A stretch of DNA of 32,000 nucleotides from Alkalilimnicola ehrlichii MLHE-1 (lineage in GTDB: Bacteria; Pseudomonadota; Gammaproteobacteria; Nitrococcales; Halorhodospiraceae). Of the stretch, positions 16,205-24,502 are shown in pieces (within the stretch, counting starts at the first letter, position 1; each line of letters begins with the position of its first letter). Location of the stretch: contig NC_008340.1 of assembly GCF_000014785.1 (NCBI RefSeq), forward strand, positions 2,640,001-2,672,000, given 5' to 3'. The notes below the pieces were generated by a model. That model ran no database searches and was not told the DNA's origin. It saw only the letters and a program-made list of their open reading frames with translations. A program made the position numbers and the translations under genes.

Positions 16205-17113
16205 ATGGATAACCGTACCCTGACCCACCTCCGTCAGCTCGAGGCGGAGAGCATCCACATCATCCGCGAGGTGGTGGCCGAGTTCGAGAACCCGGTGATG
16301 CTCTACTCCATCGGCAAGGACTCGTCGGTGATGCTGCACCTGGCCCGCAAGGCCTTCTACCCCGGCACCCCGCCCTTCCCGCTGATGCACGTGGACACCA
16401 CCTGGAAGTTCCGCGAGATGATCGAGTTCCGCGACCGCATGGCGAAAGAGGCGGGCATGGAGCTGATTGTGCACATCAACCAGGAGGGCGTGGCCCAGGG
16501 CATCGGCCCCTTCAGCCACGGCTCGCGGGTGCACACCGATGTGATGAAGACCCAGTCGCTCAAGCAGGCGCTGGACAAGTACCGCTTCGACGCCGCCTTC
16601 GGCGGGGCCCGCCGGGACGAGGAGCGCTCCCGCGCCAAGGAGCGGGTCTACTCCTTCCGCGATCGCAACCACGCCTGGGACCCGAAGAACCAGCGCCCGG
16701 AGCTCTGGCGGCTCTATAACGGCCAGGTGCACAAGGGCGAGAGCATCCGCGTGTTTCCGCTGTCTAACTGGACGGAGCTGGACATCTGGCAGTACATCTA
16801 TCTGGAGGAGATCCCCATCGTGCCGCTCTACTACGCGGCCCGCCGCCCGGTGGTGGAGCGCGACGGCACCCTGATTATGGTGGATGACGACCGCATGCCC
16901 CTGGAGCCGGGCGAGGAACCGGAGATGGCGATGGTGCGCTTCCGCACCCTGGGCTGCTACCCGCTGACCGGGGCCATCCGCTCCGAGGCGGCGACGCTGC
17001 CCGAGATCATCCAGGAGATGCTGCTGACCAAGAGCAGCGAGCGCCAGGGCCGAGTCATCGACCACGACGCCGCCGGCTCGATGGAAGAGAAGAAACGCCA
17101 GGGGTACTTCTGA
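16205..17113 (+). CDS. cysD: Sulfate adenylyltransferase subunit 2 CysD
   Basis: [38 protein letters not shown] (PP-loop SxGKDS). 302 aa, ending in ...EEKKRQGYF. Confidence 0.93.
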   Translation: MDNRTLTHLRQLEAESIHIIREVVAEFENPVMLYSIGKDSSVMLHLARKAFYPGTPPFPLMHVDTTWKFREMIEFRDRMAKEAGMELIVHINQEGVAQGIGPFSHGSRVHTDVMKTQSLKQALDKYRFDAAFGGARRDEERSRAKERVYSFRDRNHAWDPKNQRPELWRLYNGQVHKGESIRVFPLSNWTELDIWQYIYLEEIPIVPLYYAARRPVVERDGTLIMVDDDRMPLEPGEEPEMAMVRFRTLGCYPLTGAIRSEAATLPEIIQEMLLTKSSERQGRVIDHDAAGSMEEKKRQGYF

Positions 17114-17115
17114 TT

Positions 17116-19032
17116 ATGTCGCACGCATCCGAGCTCATCGCCCAGGACATTGAGGCCTACCTGAAGCAGCACGAGCAGAAGGACCTGCTGCGCTTTATCA
17201 CCTGCGGCAGCGTGGACGACGGCAAGAGCACGCTGATCGGCCGGCTGCTGCACGACTCGCAGCTCATCTACGAGGACCAGCTCGCCGCCATCAAGCGCGA
17301 CTCGGGCAAGTACGGCACCACCGGCGATGAGGTGGACCTGGCGCTGCTGGTGGACGGCCTGCAGTCGGAGCGCGAACAGGGCATCACCATCGATGTGGCC
17401 TACCGCTACTTCTCCACCGAGAAGCGCAAGTTCATCATTGCCGACACCCCGGGCCACGAGCAGTACACCCGTAACATGGCCACCGGGGCCTCCACCGCCA
17501 GTCTGGCGATCATCCTGGTGGATGCGCGCAAGGGGCTGCAGGTGCAGACCCGGCGCCACAGCTTTATCGTCTCGCTGCTGGGCATCCGCCACGTGGTGCT
17601 GGCGGTGAACAAGATGGACCTGGTGGACTACGACCAGGCGGTGTTCGACGCCATCTGCAAAGATTACCAGGACTTCGTGAAGCGCCTGGGCATTCCCGAT
17701 GTGCACTACGTGCCGGTCTCCGCCTTGCAGGGCGATAACGTGGTGAAGCCCTCGACGGCCATGCCCTGGTACGACGGCCCGACGATGATGCACATCCTCG
17801 AGACCCTGCCGGTGGCGGCCGATCGCAATTTCGACGAGTTCCGCCTGCCGGTGCAGTACGTCAACCGGCCGAACCCGGACTTTCGCGGCTTCTGCGGCAC
17901 CATCGCCAGCGGTGTGGTGCATCCGGGCGACCCGGTGGTCGCCCTGCCCTCGGGCAAGCGCTCGCGGGTGGCGCGCATTGTCACCTGGGAGGGGGACCTG
18001 GCGGAGGCCTTCCCGCCCCAGGCGGTGACGCTGACCCTGGAGGACGAGATCGACGTCAGCCGGGGGGATATCCTGGCCAGCCCGGACACGGTGCCGACCG
18101 TCTCCGAGGCCTTCGATGCGCGCATTGTCTGGATGGCCGAGCAGCCGATGCTGCCCGGGCGGCAATACGACATCAAGCTGGGCACGCGCCTGGTGCCGGG
18201 CACGCCCACGGCGGTGCACCACCGGATCGACGTGAACTCGTTGGAGCACCAGCACGCGGAGGAGCTGGGGCTGAACGAGATCGGTTACTGCCGGGTGACG
18301 CTGAACCAGCCGGTGCCCTTCGATGCCTACGAGCGGGTGGCGGACACCGGCAGCTTTATCCTCATCGACCGGCTGACCAACGTGACCGTGGGCGCGGGCA
18401 TGATCGTGCGCCCGGCGGAGCGGGCGGTGCCGGAGAAGTCCGACGATGTGGTCTGGCAGGAGCCGAAGATCAGCAAGCAGCAGCGGGCCAACCAGAAGAC
18501 CCAGCGCCCGGCCATCCTATGGTTCACCGGGCTGTCCGGCTCGGGCAAGTCGACCCTGTCCAACGCCCTGGAGCAGCGGCTCTACCAGCTTGGCTACCAC
18601 AGCTACCTGCTGGACGGCGACAACATCCGCCATGGGCTTAACGGGGACTTGGGCTTCAGCCGCGAGGACCGGGTGGAGAACATCCGCCGCATCGGCGAGG
18701 TGGCACGGTTGTTCGTGGACGCGGGGCTGCTGGTGGTGACCGCCTTCATCTCCCCCTTCCGCGCCGACCGGGCGATGGTGCGCGAGCTGGTGGAGGACGG
18801 TGAGTTCGTGGAGATCTTCGTCGACACCCCGCTGGAGGTCTGCGAGCAGCGCGACCCCAAGGGGCTGTACGCCAAGGCCCGCGCCGGGGTGATCAAGGAG
18901 TTCACCGGCATCGACTCGCCCTACGAGCCCCCGGAGAAGCCGGAGCTGCACATCCGCACCGCGGAGCTGTCCGTGGACGAGAGCGTGGAGCGCATCATCG
19001 CCTATCTGCAGGACCGGCACATCTTGCGGTAG
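17116..19032 (+). CDS. cysN: Bifunctional sulfate adenylyltransferase subunit 1 / adenylylsulfate kinase (CysN-CysC fusion), 638 aa
   Basis: GTPase motifs [17 protein letters not shown] and NKMD lie in the N-terminal two-thirds. The C-terminal APS-kinase module has [15 protein letters not shown] and [28 protein letters not shown]. Confidence 0.93.
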   Translation: MSHASELIAQDIEAYLKQHEQKDLLRFITCGSVDDGKSTLIGRLLHDSQLIYEDQLAAIKRDSGKYGTTGDEVDLALLVDGLQSEREQGITIDVAYRYFSTEKRKFIIADTPGHEQYTRNMATGASTASLAIILVDARKGLQVQTRRHSFIVSLLGIRHVVLAVNKMDLVDYDQAVFDAICKDYQDFVKRLGIPDVHYVPVSALQGDNVVKPSTAMPWYDGPTMMHILETLPVAADRNFDEFRLPVQYVNRPNPDFRGFCGTIASGVVHPGDPVVALPSGKRSRVARIVTWEGDLAEAFPPQAVTLTLEDEIDVSRGDILASPDTVPTVSEAFDARIVWMAEQPMLPGRQYDIKLGTRLVPGTPTAVHHRIDVNSLEHQHAEELGLNEIGYCRVTLNQPVPFDAYERVADTGSFILIDRLTNVTVGAGMIVRPAERAVPEKSDDVVWQEPKISKQQRANQKTQRPAILWFTGLSGSGKSTLSNALEQRLYQLGYHSYLLDGDNIRHGLNGDLGFSREDRVENIRRIGEVARLFVDAGLLVVTAFISPFRADRAMVRELVEDGEFVEIFVDTPLEVCEQRDPKGLYAKARAGVIKEFTGIDSPYEPPEKPELHIRTAELSVDESVERIIAYLQDRHILR

Positions 19033-19034
19033 GT

Positions 19035-19069
19035 TGTGCAGATTGTAAGTCCTACTTACAATCTGCACA
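19035..19069. repeat. Perfect 16+16-nt inverted repeat with 3-nt spacer between cysNC stop and the next start codon
   Basis: tgtgcagattgtaagt (19035-19050), cct, acttacaatctgcaca (19054-19069). The last A is the A of ATG 19069. The cysNC stop is 19030-19032. Confidence 0.95.
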
Positions 19070-20226
19070 TGATCAAAAGGGACGCCGCCGCAACCCTCCA
19101 GCAGCTGGCCGCCAGTTTCCCCGTAGTGGCGGTGACGGGGCCACGCCAGTCGGGCAAGAGTACGCTGGTGCGGGCGGTGTTTCCCGACCGCCCCTATGTC
19201 TCTCTGGAGGATCCGGACCGTCGCGAGTTTGCGGCCGATGATCCGCGCGGTTTCCTGGCGCAGTATCCGGCTGGCGCGATCCTTGATGAGGTGCAGCGCT
19301 GTCCGGACCTGTTTTCCTACCTTCAGACCCGGGTGGATGCGTCCGGCCGGCTGGGCGAGTGGATTCTGACCGGCTCCCAGCAGTTCGGAATGCTCTCGGC
19401 GGTGTCCCAGAGCCTGGCGGGCCGTGTGGGCATGCTCGCGCTCCTGCCCTTTGCACTCGGCGAGTTGCAGGCCGCTGGGCGGGAGCCAACCAGCGTGGAC
19501 ACCTGGTTGTGGGAGGGGGCCTACCCGCCGGTTCATGACCGCCCGGTGGATCCGCTGATCTGGTACGGGAGCTATGTGCAGACCTACCTGGAGCGTGACG
19601 TGCGTCAACTCCTGGAGGTACGGGACCTCTCCCTGTTCCAGCGTTTTTTGCGCTTGGTGGCCGGCCGCACCGGTCAGCTATTGAACCAGTCGGCCCTGGG
19701 TGATGAGGTTGGGGTCAGCCACAACACGGTTCGTGAGTGGCTGTCAGTGTTGGAGGCAAGCTACGTCATCCACCGCCTGCCGCCGCACCATCGGAATTTC
19801 AACAAACGGCTGGTCAAGACCCCCAAGCTATACATGCTGGATACGGGCCTTGCCTGCTGGCTCCTGGGCATCGAGAATGCCAGCCAACTCACGACGCACC
19901 CGCTGCGTGGTGCGCTGTTCGAGACCGCGGTGGTCGGCGAGTTTCTGAAGGCGCGCTGGAACAAGGGCTTGCCGTCCAACCTGGCCTTCTGGCGGGATCG
20001 GGCCGGCCGGGAGGTGGACCTGGTCATCGACCGGGCGGGCGTATTGCAGCCGGTGGAGATCAAGTCGGGATCGACGGTCAGCCGTGATGCCTTCCGGGGG
20101 CTGAACCGCTGGTGCGAGCTGGCTGGCGCCGAAGGGGCATCGCCCATGCTGGTGTATGCAGGGGACGAGGACCGTGAGCAACGCGGCGTTGCGGTGGTGT
20201 CGTGGACCTCGCTGGGCAGGGGGTGA
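19069..20226 (+). CDS. AAA_14/DUF4143-type ATPase with C-terminal PD-(D/E)xK-like motif, ~385 aa
   Basis: Walker A VAVTGPRQSGKST, Walker B GAILDEVQ, an HTH-like GVSHNTVREWLSVLE, and the C-terminal REVDLVIDRAGVLQPVEIKSG. ATG 19069 (MIKRDAAATLQQL...) is preferred over the track's 19036, which lies inside the palindrome. Confidence 0.8.
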   Translation: MIKRDAAATLQQLAASFPVVAVTGPRQSGKSTLVRAVFPDRPYVSLEDPDRREFAADDPRGFLAQYPAGAILDEVQRCPDLFSYLQTRVDASGRLGEWILTGSQQFGMLSAVSQSLAGRVGMLALLPFALGELQAAGREPTSVDTWLWEGAYPPVHDRPVDPLIWYGSYVQTYLERDVRQLLEVRDLSLFQRFLRLVAGRTGQLLNQSALGDEVGVSHNTVREWLSVLEASYVIHRLPPHHRNFNKRLVKTPKLYMLDTGLACWLLGIENASQLTTHPLRGALFETAVVGEFLKARWNKGLPSNLAFWRDRAGREVDLVIDRAGVLQPVEIKSGSTVSRDAFRGLNRWCELAGAEGASPMLVYAGDEDREQRGVAVVSWTSLGRG

Positions 20227-20265
20227 AAGCGCGCCGGGCAAAGCTGTTGAGCCCCTTTAGTCCGG

Positions 20266-20294
20266 ACCCGTTGTCTGTACCCGTTGTCTGTACC
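20266..20294 (+). repeat. Tandem duplication 2 x 13 bp (+3)
   Basis: acccgttgtctgt at 20266-20278 and again at 20279-20291, then acc. It lies ~40 nt upstream of the permease ATG. Confidence 0.9.
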
Positions 20295-20334
20295 TACGGC
20301 CAAAGGCACAAGATTTAGAGAGTGACCGCGACAG

Positions 20335-22101
20335 ATGCCCTTTGACGCCTGGCTTACCGCCGGTGTGGTCAGCGCCATGCTGGCCGCGCTCACCTTTACC
20401 CGCGCCGCCCCGGACCTGGTGTTCGTGGGCGGCGTTGTCGTGTTACTGCTCGCGGGGGTGGTGACACCGGCGGATGCCTTTTCCGGTTTTTCCAACCAGG
20501 GCGTGATCACGGTGGCCGCCCTCTACGTGGTGGTGGCCGGGCTGCGCGAGACCGGCGGCATTCAGTGGCTGGTGCAGGCGGTGCTGGGCCAGCCGCGCTC
20601 ACTCCCCCGGGCCCAGTGGCGGCTGACCGGGCCGGCGGCTTTCTTCAGCGCCTTTCTCAATAACACGCCGGTGGTGGGCATGCTGATTCCGGCGGTCAGC
20701 GACTGGGCGCGCAAGTTCGACCTGCCGGTCTCGCGGCTGATGCTGCCGCTGTCCTATGCCGCCATCCTGGGGGGCACCTGCACCCTGATCGGCACCAGCA
20801 CCAACCTGGTGGTCAACGGGCTGTTGCTGGACCGCACTGACGCGGGCCTGGGCCTGTTCGACATCGCCTGGGTGGGCCTGCCGGTGGCCCTGGTGGGGCT
20901 GGTCTTCATGCTGGTGTTCAACCGCTGGTTGTTCCCGGACCGGCGGCCGGCGATCAGCGAGATCGACGACCCTCGGGAGTACACCCTGGAGATGCTGGTG
21001 GACCCGAAGGGGCCGCTGGTGGGCAAGTCCATCGAGGAGGCGGGGCTGCGCCACCTGCCGGGCGGCTTTCTGGCCGAGCTGGACCGGGACGGCACCCTGC
21101 TGCCGGCGGTCTCGCCACAGGAGGTGCTACGCGGTGGCGACCGGTTGATCTTCGTGGGGGTGGTGGAGTCGATGGTGGACCTGCAGAAGATGCGCGGGCT
21201 CACCCCGGCCACCGACCAGGTCTTCAAGCTGGACGGCCACCGGGCGGACCGGGCGCTGCTGGAGGTGGTGGTCTCGGACACCTGCCCGGTGGCCGGCGAG
21301 ACCGTCCGCGACGGTGAGTTCCGCAACCGCTACAACGCGGTGGTGTTGGCGGTGGCGCGTAACGGTGAGCGGGTGAAGGGCAAGGTCGGTGATATCCGCC
21401 TGCGGCCGGGGGATACGCTGCTGGTGGAGGCCGGCCCGGGCTTCGCGGCGCAGAACCGCAACCGGCGCGATTTCTTTCTGATGAGCCAGGTGCAGGACTC
21501 GGCCACCCCGCGCCATGAACGCGCCCTGCTGGCCGGGCTGATCATGCTGGCGATGGTGGTGGTGGCCACCACCGGCGTGGTGTCGATGCTGGAGGCGGCC
21601 CTGGCCGCCGCCGGGCTGATGGTGGTGACCCGGTGCGTGACCCTGGAGGGCGCCCGGAGCAGCCTGGACTGGCCGGTCCTGATCACCATCGCGGCGGCCT
21701 TCGGCGTGGGCGCGGCGATGGACAACACGGGCCTGGCCCACATCGTCGGCATGGGCCTGACCGGCCTGGCCGGCGACACCCCGTGGCTGAACCTGGCGGC
21801 CATCTACCTGGTCACGGCGGTGTTTACGGCGGTGATCACCAACAACGCCGCCGCGGTGTTGATGTTCCCGGTGGCGTTTGCGGTGGCGGGGGACTTGGAC
21901 GTGAGCGTGTTGCCCTTCGCCATCGGCATCATGCTCGCCGCCTCCGCCAGCTTCGCCACGCCGATGGGGTATCAGACCAACCTGATGGTCTACGGGCCTG
22001 GCGGGTACCACTTCGCCGACTACCTGCGTGCGGGTATTCCGCTTAACCTGGTGACCGGGCTGGTGGCCTTGGCCGTTATACCGCAAGTCTGGACGTTCTA
22101 A
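20335..22101 (+). CDS. SLC13/DASS-type anion permease with two central TrkA-C-like domains, 588 aa
   Basis: Two hydrophobic halves flank soluble segments EYTLEMLVDPKGPLVGKSIEEAGLRHL... and LLEVVVSDTCPVAGETVRDGEFRNRYNAVVLAVARNGE. The substrate cannot be read from the sequence. Confidence 0.8.
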   Translation: MPFDAWLTAGVVSAMLAALTFTRAAPDLVFVGGVVVLLLAGVVTPADAFSGFSNQGVITVAALYVVVAGLRETGGIQWLVQAVLGQPRSLPRAQWRLTGPAAFFSAFLNNTPVVGMLIPAVSDWARKFDLPVSRLMLPLSYAAILGGTCTLIGTSTNLVVNGLLLDRTDAGLGLFDIAWVGLPVALVGLVFMLVFNRWLFPDRRPAISEIDDPREYTLEMLVDPKGPLVGKSIEEAGLRHLPGGFLAELDRDGTLLPAVSPQEVLRGGDRLIFVGVVESMVDLQKMRGLTPATDQVFKLDGHRADRALLEVVVSDTCPVAGETVRDGEFRNRYNAVVLAVARNGERVKGKVGDIRLRPGDTLLVEAGPGFAAQNRNRRDFFLMSQVQDSATPRHERALLAGLIMLAMVVVATTGVVSMLEAALAAAGLMVVTRCVTLEGARSSLDWPVLITIAAAFGVGAAMDNTGLAHIVGMGLTGLAGDTPWLNLAAIYLVTAVFTAVITNNAAAVLMFPVAFAVAGDLDVSVLPFAIGIMLAASASFATPMGYQTNLMVYGPGGYHFADYLRAGIPLNLVTGLVALAVIPQVWTF

Positions 22102-22104
22102 TCG

Positions 22105-22733
22105 GCGCCGCCCCCCACGACACCGCCTCCCGCCACGACACCGTCCCTCCCCCGTCACTGCCCCTCCCCCGTCACTGCGAGGAGCGAAGCGACGCGGCAG
22201 TCCACACGCCGCATGGATCGCCGCGGGCCTCCGGCCCTCGCGATGACGGGTGGGGGCGCCTCCCCCGTCACTGCCCCTCCCCCCGTCACTGCGAGGAGCG
22301 AAGCGACGTGGCAGTCCACACGCCGCATGGATCGCCGCGGGCCTCCGGCCCTCGCGATGACGGGTGGGGGCGCCTCCCCCGTCACTGCTCCTGCCCCCGT
22401 CACTGCCCCTCCCCCCGTCACTGCGAGGAGCGAAGCGACGCGGCAGTCCACACGCCGCATGGATCGCCGCGGGCCTTCGGCCCTCGCGATGACGGGTGGG
22501 GGGATCGCCGCGGGCCTCCGGGCATCGCGATGACGGGTGGGGGCGCCTCCCCCGTCACTGCGAGGAGCGAAGCGACGTGGCAGTCCACACGCCGCATGGA
22601 TCGCCACGGGCCTTCGGCCCTCGCGATGACGGAGAGAAGGTGGCGGCCGTCGCGATGACGGAGAGAAGGTGGCGGCCCTTGCGATGACAGGGAGAAGGCG
22701 GCGGCCGTGGCGATGAGGGGGTGGGGGTGGCGG
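22105..22733. repeat. Cluster B of the ~77-bp hairpin repeat family (4 full units, half-units, 3 x 29-bp tandem)
   Basis: Full units at 22171-22247, 22285-22361, 22417-22493 and 22554-22630 read gtcactgcgaggagcgaagcgacg.ggcagtccacacgccgcatggatcgcc.cgggcct.cggccctcgcgatgac. A right half-unit sits at ~22503-22534. Left half-sites cccccgtcactgc occur at 22150, 22265, 22376 and 22395. The 29-bp tandem is at 22631-22717. Confidence 0.92.
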
Positions 22734-24272
22734 TCAGAACCGCCACTCGTAGCCCGCCCAGCCTCTCGGTTCCCAGTCCACGCTGCCCCGGTCCAGCGGG
22801 TCCAGTCGGGCGATGCCCGCGCCCAGGCTGACTTCGCCTGCCAGCCAGGGCCAGCGGTACTCCCCTTCCAGGTCCAGCAGCCGGAGTTTACGCGGGGCGA
22901 TGCGGTTGCCGCCGCCCGGCATGCGCATGCGGTCGCCCCGGTTCAGGGTGCCGCCCTGGAACTTCAGGTGGGCGCTGTGGCCATTGGGCGCGAGGTATTG
23001 GCCGCCGAGGGTGACCAGGCGGCTGTCGTTGTCCGTGGCGTAGCCCATGGGGCGGTCGCGGTAACGGTAGCTGGTGGGCAGGGAGCTGCTCTCGTAGGCG
23101 GTCGCGAAGCGCTTGCGGCTGGACCAGAAGCGCGCGGTGGTGTCGGTGTATTCCAGGAACACCCGGTAGCTGGCGTCGTTGGGCAGCGCCCCCCAGGTCT
23201 CCAGCCCGAACAGACCGATGTGCTTAGTGGGGATGCCGCCGGCCTCGTCCTCGCCGATGTACTGCAGGTAGGCGGCCCAGGGCAGGCGGTGGTCGGGGGA
23301 GCTGAAGCGCAGATCAATGCCGGCCATCTGGTCGGCAGTGGTATCCCGCCCCTTACTGTTGGTATCGCCGATCGCAATGTTGCCGAAGCTCCGCCAGGTG
23401 TGCGGGGAATCCCAGATCGCCGTCCGGCTCAACCCCACCTCCAGCCGCTGCACCGGCTGGAAGGCGAAGCGGCCGCCGATGAAGTAGGGCCGGGGCACCA
23501 CTCGGTCCGACTCCAGCCGGTTGGCGAACACCTGCAGCGTCCAGGGGCCCAGCCAATTCAGCACCGGCAGGTCCGAGGCGCGGGGTTCGGCCCGTTGCAC
23601 GGCCACGCCGGGCGAGGGGCGGGCGGCGTTGCCCAGGATCAGGCTGCCGGACCAGCCCGGGCCCCAGTAGTGGTCGATGGCGCCGGCCGAGATGATCCAG
23701 TTGCCCAGGTGGGCAGCCAGGTAGCTGCCGTCGGCGCGGAAGTCCTTGTCGTCCGCCGGGTCCTCCACCCACTGGCCGCTCAGCCGCGCGGCCAGCCGAT
23801 CGCCCTGGTAGCCGACAGCCACATCCACCTGACTGCCTTGGGGGTTGGCGTGGCCGTACCAGGCCAGTTGCGCCGGGGGCTCGGCCTCACCGGCCGCGCC
23901 GCGCGCCCTCAGCTCGCCGTGCCAGCCCTCGGTGCGGGCCAGTTGCCGGTGCAGGCGGTGCCAGGCGGCGGCCTGCTGGGGGTTGAGGTCGGCCGGCGGC
24001 TGCGGACGGGCGGCGACCCCGGCCAGGGCCTGGCGGGGCAGCGGCCAGGTGCCCAGGGCGCCGGTGATGGCGCCGGCGTCCACCAGCAGTTGCACGTCGT
24101 GACGCACCCGGGCATCGTTCTCGGGCAGCCAGTGGGCCTGGACCGAGGCGGTCGCGGTGAGGCCGGCGCCGGCGAGCAGCAGGGGCAGCGCGGCGCGGCG
24201 CCACCACCGGCCCGGGGGGTGCGTGGCGGGGGCGCGGTGCACCCGTTGGCGTGGTGGTTTCTGCGTGTTCAT
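22734..24272 (-). CDS. wzi: Wzi-like capsule-assembly outer-membrane beta-barrel protein, ~512 aa
   Basis: Signal-peptide-like RRAALPLLLAGAGLTATASVQA. The N-terminal DARVRHDVQLLVDAGAITGALGTWPLPRQAL resembles the Wzi helical plug. The body is rich in alternating aromatic/glycine residues and ends ...GYEWRF (terminal Phe). ATG 24272 is preferred over 24302. Confidence 0.65.
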   Translation of the reverse strand: MNTQKPPRQRVHRAPATHPPGRWWRRAALPLLLAGAGLTATASVQAHWLPENDARVRHDVQLLVDAGAITGALGTWPLPRQALAGVAARPQPPADLNPQQAAAWHRLHRQLARTEGWHGELRARGAAGEAEPPAQLAWYGHANPQGSQVDVAVGYQGDRLAARLSGQWVEDPADDKDFRADGSYLAAHLGNWIISAGAIDHYWGPGWSGSLILGNAARPSPGVAVQRAEPRASDLPVLNWLGPWTLQVFANRLESDRVVPRPYFIGGRFAFQPVQRLEVGLSRTAIWDSPHTWRSFGNIAIGDTNSKGRDTTADQMAGIDLRFSSPDHRLPWAAYLQYIGEDEAGGIPTKHIGLFGLETWGALPNDASYRVFLEYTDTTARFWSSRKRFATAYESSSLPTSYRYRDRPMGYATDNDSRLVTLGGQYLAPNGHSAHLKFQGGTLNRGDRMRMPGGGNRIAPRKLRLLDLEGEYRWPWLAGEVSLGAGIARLDPLDRGSVDWEPRGWAGYEWRF

Positions 24273-24502
24273 TGAGTCCCCAAAGGCACAGCGCAAGGGC
24301 ATTGGCGCCAGCCGGCCGCAGGTGCAGGCCGGGGGCCGCTTATGAGATGTTTTACGCAGAATAGCAGAATCACCGGCCCCGTTGGACGGGGCCTGCCCGT
24401 CAGATAGTGCTGGTCACAACGCCCCGGCCGGAGGGCCAGACAGAGCGGGCGGGCTCCGGCATAATGGGTGGCTTCCACGCCAATGCCGGAAGTCTGCCGT
24501 TT

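Noticed and set aside
22155-22687. ORFs of 60-150 aa inside the repeat clusters: 22155..22607 (-), 22213..22533 (+), 22308..22658 (+), and 14965..15387 (+) in cluster A.
   Set aside because: Their periodic peptide repeats (…VIARAEGPRRSMRRVDC…, …SPRAFGPRDDG…) only mirror the DNA repeat. They are open in several frames on both strands and lack start-site signals.
22105-22733. Possible CRISPR array, given regularly spaced repeats.
   Set aside because: The repeats are ~77 bp, not 24-48 bp. The spacers are themselves copies of repeat half-sites rather than unique sequences. Periods vary (114/132/137 nt), and there are no cas genes or leader.
22707-24275. A 522-aa plus-strand ORF almost exactly co-extensive with the Wzi-like gene on the minus strand.
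   Set aside because: Its translation is Ala/Gly/Val/Arg/Pro-rich with no recognisable motif. The minus-strand product has a signal peptide, beta-barrel-like composition and a terminal Phe. I treat it as a stop-codon-poor antisense frame, not an overlapping gene.
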